Below, one piece after another: positions 26,600-32,000 of a DNA stretch of 32,000 nucleotides; the first letter of the stretch is position 1, and every line of letters starts with the position of its first letter. Both the position numbers and the translations under genes were made by a program. The notes under the pieces are model-generated. The model saw nothing but the letters and a program-made list of their open reading frames with translations, had not been told where the DNA came from and ran no database searches. The stretch is from Nostoc sp. PCC 7120 = FACHB-418 (GTDB lineage Bacteria; Cyanobacteriota; Cyanobacteriia; Cyanobacteriales; Nostocaceae). The stretch covers positions 1,770,001 to 1,802,000 of the forward strand of contig NC_003272.1 of the NCBI RefSeq assembly GCF_000009705.1. Reading direction: 5' to 3'.

Positions 26600-27319
26600 A
26601 TGGGAATAGCCGATTTTTTAGGTCTGATACATCCAGCGATCGCCGTCATTTTCGTGTTTCCTTTAATTGGCATTGTGAGTAACTTTGCCTGGCAAACGCG
26701 CCAACGCCGTTTGCAGACATTAGCGGGAGGTAAAAGCAAGATTCCTCCTGTAGTCGGGACAGAACATAGGCGCATAGGCGAGTGGTTAAGTAGTGCAGTT
26801 GTAGGTATATCTTTAGTTGGCTTAGGGTATGCGATCGCCAAAAGTATTATTAAAAATCAACTATGGAATAAAAATTTAACCCAAGTTATTTTTATTCTTC
26901 TCATGTTTGTTTTAACTATAGCTTCCTTAGTCTTTCTCTATCAGGCAAAACAAAAGCTCTGGCGTGGTGTATTTGCTACTTTAACTGGTGTTGGTTTAGT
27001 TGTTATTGGTTGTCAAGATGGAGTATTTCGGCGGACAAATGAATGGTATTGGTCGCATTACTATATAGGCATAGCTGCATCACTGCTAATGATTTTTTCT
27101 GTAGCTATTGTGCAGGATATTTATCAAGATAAAACCCATCGCTGGCGAATTATCCACACTATCTTAAATACCATTGCCCTATTACTATTTATTGGACAAG
27201 GTTTTACTGGTACACGAGATTTATTAGAAATTCCTTTAAGTTGGCAAGAACCATACGTTTACCAATGTAATTTTGTTCAAAAAACTTGCCAAAATTCTGC
27301 ATCCCAAGAACAAAAGTAA
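26600..27319 (+). CDS. DUF4079 membrane protein, six-helix version (candidate b-type cytochrome)
   Basis: The motifs IHPA, EHRRIG, SHYYIG and IIHTILN parallel FHPI, RHHQIG, PHLFAG and SIHVSLN of the 4486-4971 paralog. Confidence 0.75.
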   Translation: MGIADFLGLIHPAIAVIFVFPLIGIVSNFAWQTRQRRLQTLAGGKSKIPPVVGTEHRRIGEWLSSAVVGISLVGLGYAIAKSIIKNQLWNKNLTQVIFILLMFVLTIASLVFLYQAKQKLWRGVFATLTGVGLVVIGCQDGVFRRTNEWYWSHYYIGIAASLLMIFSVAIVQDIYQDKTHRWRIIHTILNTIALLLFIGQGFTGTRDLLEIPLSWQEPYVYQCNFVQKTCQNSASQEQK

Positions 27320-27635
27320 AGTTAGCAATTCGCACAGTGTTTAATTCTATTCTTACATGATTGTGATAGAGAAAGAGTCCAGGGTCTGGATGGAGAAAGT
27401 TAGCTAACGAGGAAGTCTTAATTTTGTAGAAGCTCTCAAATATCAATCGCTTATAATAAACAGAAAATGGTGGTATGGGAGTCTGGAAATTAGTTGCCTT
27501 AATGATATCGAATTTTTTCAAAATTTGCTCAAACGTAAACATTTTAAAATAATCATCATCGGGTAAAAATTTTGCGATTTGACTCTTTTTTTGCTCAAGG
27601 ATAGTATCAAGAATTATGCTATCGTTGACCGCCAT
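27204..27635 (-). CDS. Hypothetical protein, possibly a gene remnant
   Basis: The ATG is at 27635. The 3' 116 nt overlap the convergent DUF4079 gene. Only the first about 45 aa (ILDTILEQ...FTFEQILKKFDI) look like anything I know, namely AIPR-type N-termini. Confidence 0.3.
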   Translation of the reverse strand: MAVNDSIILDTILEQKKSQIAKFLPDDDYFKMFTFEQILKKFDIIKATNFQTPIPPFSVYYKRLIFESFYKIKTSSLANFLHPDPGLFLYHNHVRIELNTVRIANFTFVLGMQNFGKFFEQNYIGKRMVLANLKEFLINLVYQ

Positions 27636-27810
27636 TTGTAGTAACTCCAAAAATATTTGTTTTGCTCTGCTAACTTGGATAAGCTGAATTAATCATAGAT
27701 AGATGTGCTATTTCTAGCATAAATTGCTACATAATTGCATCAATTAAGATAGCAATCTACTACAAGAAATGCCATATTATTTATTAACCCCTTAAATCTA
27801 GGAGGTTAGC

Positions 27811-28536
27811 ATGACCTCAGCACAAATACCATTAGGTGTTGAATCAACTCTGCCTGACCATACGCAGCTACCAGAATCTGACGGTACTTTCGTGAAAAAC
27901 CTGCAAGAACATCCTCAAAGTCTATTGCTTACCGATTCCATTGAGCCAGTCTTGCAGAAGCTACACCCAGATGGACAATATTGCATTGGTCAAGATAGTG
28001 GTATTTATTGGCGCATCACTGAACCACCGGAAAAAGGCGCAGAAGCACCTGATTGGTTTTATGTACCGAATGTACCACCAACTTTAAATGGTCAATTTCG
28101 CCGTTCTTATGTACTGTGGCAAGAATACGTTGCACCGTTGATTGTATTGGAATTTGTCTCTGGTGATGGGAAGGAAGAACGAGATAAAACGCCAATCACA
28201 GGAAAATTTTGGGTTTATGAACAAGCAATTAGAGTCCCATATTATGGCATTTATGAAGTGAAAAAAGCCAATATAGAAATATATCAATTGGTGCATGGGC
28301 AGTATGAGTTATTACCCATTAATGAACGAGGACATTATCCTATTGAAACAATGGGGGTAGAGTTAGGTATTTGGCAAGGACTATATCAGAATCTCGAATT
28401 ACCTTGGTTACGCTGGTGGGATAATCAGGGTAATTTACTCCTGACAGGGTGGGAGCAATCACACTTTGCACAAGCAAGAGCGGAACGCCTTGCAGCAAAG
28501 TTAAGAGAATTAGGTGTCAATCCAGACGATTTATAG
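27811..28536 (+). CDS. Uma2-family (DUF820) endonuclease
   Basis: LPESDGTFVKN, DWFYVPNV, RRSYVLWQE and IVLEFVS are present. The C-terminus RAERLAAKLRELGVNPDDL is typical of cyanobacterial members. AGGAGG lies before the ATG. Confidence 0.85.
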   Translation: MTSAQIPLGVESTLPDHTQLPESDGTFVKNLQEHPQSLLLTDSIEPVLQKLHPDGQYCIGQDSGIYWRITEPPEKGAEAPDWFYVPNVPPTLNGQFRRSYVLWQEYVAPLIVLEFVSGDGKEERDKTPITGKFWVYEQAIRVPYYGIYEVKKANIEIYQLVHGQYELLPINERGHYPIETMGVELGIWQGLYQNLELPWLRWWDNQGNLLLTGWEQSHFAQARAERLAAKLRELGVNPDDL

Positions 28537-28658
28537 CAAGTTACAAATTATACCAATCAAAAGCAGTATTACAAACTATTTGCTCAAATTTCCCCCAATC
28601 GGGTGATTCTACAGAACGAAGCGAGTAACTAACACATATTGTAGTATGATTGTAACTC

Positions 28659-29855
28659 ATGCTTCTAATGGTAGAACCAATGACACCTGGATTTAAATAC
28701 ACCAAGGGTAGTCAAGAGAATATTCAACAACTGGGGAATATTCTTGAACAGTGCTTTGTCATGTCCTTTGGTGACAGTGAAATTTATGTCAAAGGTATTG
28801 GCTTAGAAAACTTTCGCGTTATTTACCGTGAACAAAAGGTTGCAGGGGGACTGGCAATTTTGCCGATGAGTCAGTGGTGGGGGGGTCAGCGTGTACCAAT
28901 GGCTGGTATTGCGGCTGTGGGTATTGCGCCAGAATATCGTGGTGATGGAGCTGCGATCGCTCTTATTCAGCATACCCTCCAAGAAATCTCTGAGCAAGAT
29001 ATCCCGATCTCGGTTCTCTATCCAGCTACACAACGCCTCTATCGAAAAGTAGGGTATGAACAAGCTGGTAGTTATTGTGTGTGGGAAATTCCCGCCGATA
29101 GTATTCAAATTCAACACGCCTGTTTACCCTTAGAACCCGTAGTTCTCAAAAATAATCCTATCTTTCATGAGTTGTATCAACAACAGGCGCAACTGACGCA
29201 CGGATACTTAGACCGACATCCCGCCATTTGGCAAGGATTAAATCGCACACTTGATACAGAAACTCTCTATAGTTATTTAATTGGTGACAAAGACCAACCA
29301 CAAGGTTACATCATCTTTACTCAAGAGCGAACCAAAGATGGCTCGATCCTCAGGATTAGAGATTGGGTAATGCTTTCAAATGCTGCTGTACAAAGTTTTT
29401 GGTCATTTATTGCCAATCATCGTTCGATGATTGACAAAGTAACGTGGAAAAGTTCTGTTATTGATGCGTTGACATTGGTGCTACCAGAACAAAGCGCCAC
29501 AATCAAGAGTCAAGACCGTTGGATGTTGCGAATCGTCGATGTTTGCAAAGCACTGGAAGCGCGGGGTTATCCACCAGGAGTAGAAGCGGAGTTACATTTA
29601 GAAGTACAAGATGACCTGTTAAGCGCCAACCAAGGTAAATTTATCTTATCGGTTGCACATGGCAAAGGCGAAGTAACGAAAGGTGGAAAAGGTGAATTAC
29701 AGCTAGATATTAAAGGATTAGCATCCTTGTACACCAGTTTATTTACACCCCGTCAGTTGCAGCTCACAGGAAAACTCCAGGCGACAGAAGCCGCACTCCT
29801 CAAAGCTAGGCAAATCTTTGCGGGTGAATCCCCTTGGATGATTGATTTCTTTTAA
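28659..29855 (+). CDS. Eis-like GNAT N-acetyltransferase with C-terminal SCP2-like domain
   Basis: It has the GNAT motif IAAVGIAPEYRGDGAAIALIQ, and its length and architecture are those of Eis. The start is ambiguous (28659, 28668 or 28680). Confidence 0.7.
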   Translation: MLLMVEPMTPGFKYTKGSQENIQQLGNILEQCFVMSFGDSEIYVKGIGLENFRVIYREQKVAGGLAILPMSQWWGGQRVPMAGIAAVGIAPEYRGDGAAIALIQHTLQEISEQDIPISVLYPATQRLYRKVGYEQAGSYCVWEIPADSIQIQHACLPLEPVVLKNNPIFHELYQQQAQLTHGYLDRHPAIWQGLNRTLDTETLYSYLIGDKDQPQGYIIFTQERTKDGSILRIRDWVMLSNAAVQSFWSFIANHRSMIDKVTWKSSVIDALTLVLPEQSATIKSQDRWMLRIVDVCKALEARGYPPGVEAELHLEVQDDLLSANQGKFILSVAHGKGEVTKGGKGELQLDIKGLASLYTSLFTPRQLQLTGKLQATEAALLKARQIFAGESPWMIDFF

Positions 29856-29943
29856 TTAGGGGTGTAGGGGTGTAAGGGTATAAAGGATGAGCTTTTCCCA
29901 TTTTACCCAGATACTTTACTAGATTTTTTAATTACGAATTATT

Positions 29944-30861
29944 ATGCACCACAGTTCTGGTCGCTGGCGTTTAGGGCTGGCTTTATCTCTGCTAACTGTT
30001 TTTTTATGGGGAATTCTACCACTAGCGCTAAAGGTCGTACTGCAAGCACTTGATGTGTATACAGTTATTTGGTTTCGCTTTTTAGTTTCCTTTGCTTTGC
30101 TGGCTGTGTATTTAGGGATACGTGGTAACTTGCCAAAGCTAAAACAGTTACAAGCTAATTCTTGGAAGTTATTAGCGATCGCCACAGTCATGTTAGCCTC
30201 TAATTACTTTCTGTTTATGCAAGGTCTAGCCTTAACATCACCTGCAAACGCTGAAGTAATTATTCAATTAGCTCCCCTCTTGTTAGGTTTTGGTGGTTTA
30301 ATTCTTTTTCAAGAAAGATACAATTTCTTTCAATGGCTTGGTGTTGGTATATTAACTTTAGGTTACGTTTTATTTTTTCGTTCTCAACTGACTAACGTTA
30401 TTACATCTCATGATAACTATGTTTTCGGTAGTGCCTTAGTAGCTTTAGGAGCAGTAGTTTGGGCTATTTATGCTTTAGCACAAAAGCAATTATTACAGTC
30501 CCTATCTTCTGCCCAAATCATGCTAGTTATTTATGGAGGATGTACATTACTCTTCACCCCTTTCACCAAGTTTGAGGCAATTAGTCAACTCAGCAATCTT
30601 CATTTATTAACATTAATTTTTTGCGCTTTAAACACAGTAATTGCCTATGGTGCTTTTGCTGAATCTCTAGAACATTGGGAAGCCTCACGGGTAAGTGCAG
30701 TATTAGCTTTAGCACCGATATTGACTTTACTTGCAGTGGAATTGATATCACTTATTGCACCTGATTTAATTCCCCCAGAACGTCTGACAACTACAGGAAT
30801 TGTGGGAGCGTGTTTAGTGGTCAGTGGTTCAGTGGCGATCGCCTTAAAAAAAGCTTCATAG
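29944..30861 (+). CDS. DMT-superfamily (EamA) transporter
   Basis: The protein has ten TM helices formed by two EamA repeats. Confidence 0.8.
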   Translation: MHHSSGRWRLGLALSLLTVFLWGILPLALKVVLQALDVYTVIWFRFLVSFALLAVYLGIRGNLPKLKQLQANSWKLLAIATVMLASNYFLFMQGLALTSPANAEVIIQLAPLLLGFGGLILFQERYNFFQWLGVGILTLGYVLFFRSQLTNVITSHDNYVFGSALVALGAVVWAIYALAQKQLLQSLSSAQIMLVIYGGCTLLFTPFTKFEAISQLSNLHLLTLIFCALNTVIAYGAFAESLEHWEASRVSAVLALAPILTLLAVELISLIAPDLIPPERLTTTGIVGACLVVSGSVAIALKKAS

Positions 30862-30902
30862 TCTAAAATCTACAACAAACTTGTTTACTAGCTAATAATC
30901 TT

Positions 30903-31370
30903 ATGATTATCGACCCTAAAAATGTGCCTATGGAAAGAGGCACAAATTACCCCGATGCTTTCAAAGCAATGGTTGCAGGACGGATACGACAAAGGTTAGG
31001 CAACTTTGCTGGGTTGAAAAATTTTGGAGTCAACTTAGTGCAGTTAGAGCCAGGGAGTTTTTCTGCTTTGAGACACTGGCATTCTCATCAAGATGAGTTT
31101 ATTTATATATTGGCAGGTGAACTGACTTTAATTACAGATGCCGGAGAAGAGATTCTCACACCAGGAATGGCGGCTGGATTTCCCGCAGGTGAAGCGAACG
31201 GACATCATTTAGTCAATAGGTCTGCGGTGGTTGGGGTGTATTTAGAAGTAGGCGATCGCACCCCCAATGACCAAGGTTTTTATCCCGATGTACCAGATTT
31301 GATGACACCACCTAGTCCTGATGGCAAATCCAGACAATTTATTCACCAAGATGGAACGCGATATAAATAG
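30903..31370 (+). CDS. Cupin-domain protein
   Basis: It has the cupin motifs LRHWHSHQDEFIYILAGE and GFPAGEANGHHLVN. Confidence 0.75.
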   Translation: MIIDPKNVPMERGTNYPDAFKAMVAGRIRQRLGNFAGLKNFGVNLVQLEPGSFSALRHWHSHQDEFIYILAGELTLITDAGEEILTPGMAAGFPAGEANGHHLVNRSAVVGVYLEVGDRTPNDQGFYPDVPDLMTPPSPDGKSRQFIHQDGTRYK

Positions 31371-31472
31371 GGTAATAGGTAATAGGAGATGAAAAAATTC
31401 TTCCGTAAATTGTCCAATCAATAATGTAGTTTTCCCATGTAATAAATCACCTAAATACAAAGGAAATTTCCC

Positions 31473-31859
31473 ATGACTAACGCTAATGCTCAAGAAGCCT
31501 CTAAAGTTGCAGAACCTGTACTCCGTCAAGGTGACTCTGGTGCGGCTGTGACTGAATTGCAAAGGTTGCTGAATGCCAAGGGTGTAAAGGTATCAGTTGA
31601 TGGGATCTTTGGTGCGGGAACCCAAGCCGCAGTGATCAAATTTCAGCGCGCCAACGGTCTGACTGCTGATGGAATTGTTGGCTCAAAAACTTGGGTAGCT
31701 TTACGAAAGGTTCCTACTCCCACAATTCGTTTAGTAGATGTTGCTCTCAACTACGACCCAACCCAATTTCCCCATCAAGTAGCGGCTTTGGAATGGCTGC
31801 AAAGTCAAATTCCCGCAGCTACACTCAATGAATTTGCTCGTCGTTGGCGGAATCAGTAG
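31473..31859 (+). CDS. Peptidoglycan-binding (PG_binding_1) domain protein
   Basis: GDSGAAVTELQRLLNAKG...DGIFGAGTQAAVIKFQRANGLTADGIVGSKTW identifies the domain. Confidence 0.8.
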   Translation: MTNANAQEASKVAEPVLRQGDSGAAVTELQRLLNAKGVKVSVDGIFGAGTQAAVIKFQRANGLTADGIVGSKTWVALRKVPTPTIRLVDVALNYDPTQFPHQVAALEWLQSQIPAATLNEFARRWRNQ

Positions 31860-31957
31860 GTTGAAAAGTAAGAGTTTGATAGACGTAGTGCAACTCAGCA
31901 AAATACAAATGATTAAGCTGTCGCGTATTTAACTTGTACATCTTTTCGTATTAGGTG

Positions 31958-31999
31958 TTGACTGCTGACTGTTGACAGTTAACTGTTAGCAGTGAACAA
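31958..31999. repeat. STRR heptamer array (TTGACTG-like x6)
   Basis: The units read TTGACTG CTGACTG TTGACAG TTAACTG TTAGCAG TGAACAA. The array runs to the window edge. Confidence 0.8.
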
Positions 32000-32000
32000 A

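Overview
This is chromosomal DNA from a filamentous, heterocyst-forming cyanobacterium of the Nostoc/Anabaena type. The evidence is frequent HIP1 GCGATCGC palindromes, STRR heptamer arrays, and a gene order that matches my memory of the Nostoc sp. PCC 7120 nifB to rbcLXS to rca region. No database search was run.

The window has three parts.

(1) nt 1 to about 6227 looks like the terminal 6.2 kb of the developmentally excised fdxN element.
- It carries a partial ABC ATPase gene.
- It carries a minus-strand redox/sulfur gene string: DUF2892, Rieske PetC4, DUF2807 lipoprotein, a thioredoxin-like protein, a COG0701 permease and a rhodanese.
- It also carries a divergent DUF4079 membrane protein and a decayed P-type ATPase.
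- The element ends inside the fdxN reading frame.

(2) nt 6195-18350 is core metabolism.
- It holds the fdxN 5' segment and nifB, followed by a 1.2 kb repeat-rich upstream region.
- Next come an APC permease, an exported methyltransferase, alkaline invertase invA, panB and a beta-propeller protein.
- rbcL-rbcX-rbcS follows, with a long upstream region.

(3) nt 18350-24440 is an accessory stretch wedged between rbcLXS and the Rubisco activase gene rca.
- It holds a very AT-rich polytopic membrane protein and an AAC(3)/SGNH gene pair.
- It holds a small secreted protein and a tnpB-only IS200/IS605-type element with a predicted omega-RNA.
- It holds a PIN/VapC pseudogene.

After rca come a twin-hairpin MITE-like repeat and a DM13 lipoprotein plus second DUF4079 gene pair. 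Then follow a Uma2 nuclease, an Eis-like GNAT, an EamA transporter, a cupin and a peptidoglycan-binding protein.

The most interesting hypothesis is that the two DUF4079 proteins carry a conserved four-histidine pattern expected of di-haem transmembrane b-type cytochromes. One sits next to the alternative Rieske protein and the other next to an exported DM13 protein.

I found no CRISPR array, rRNA or tRNA.
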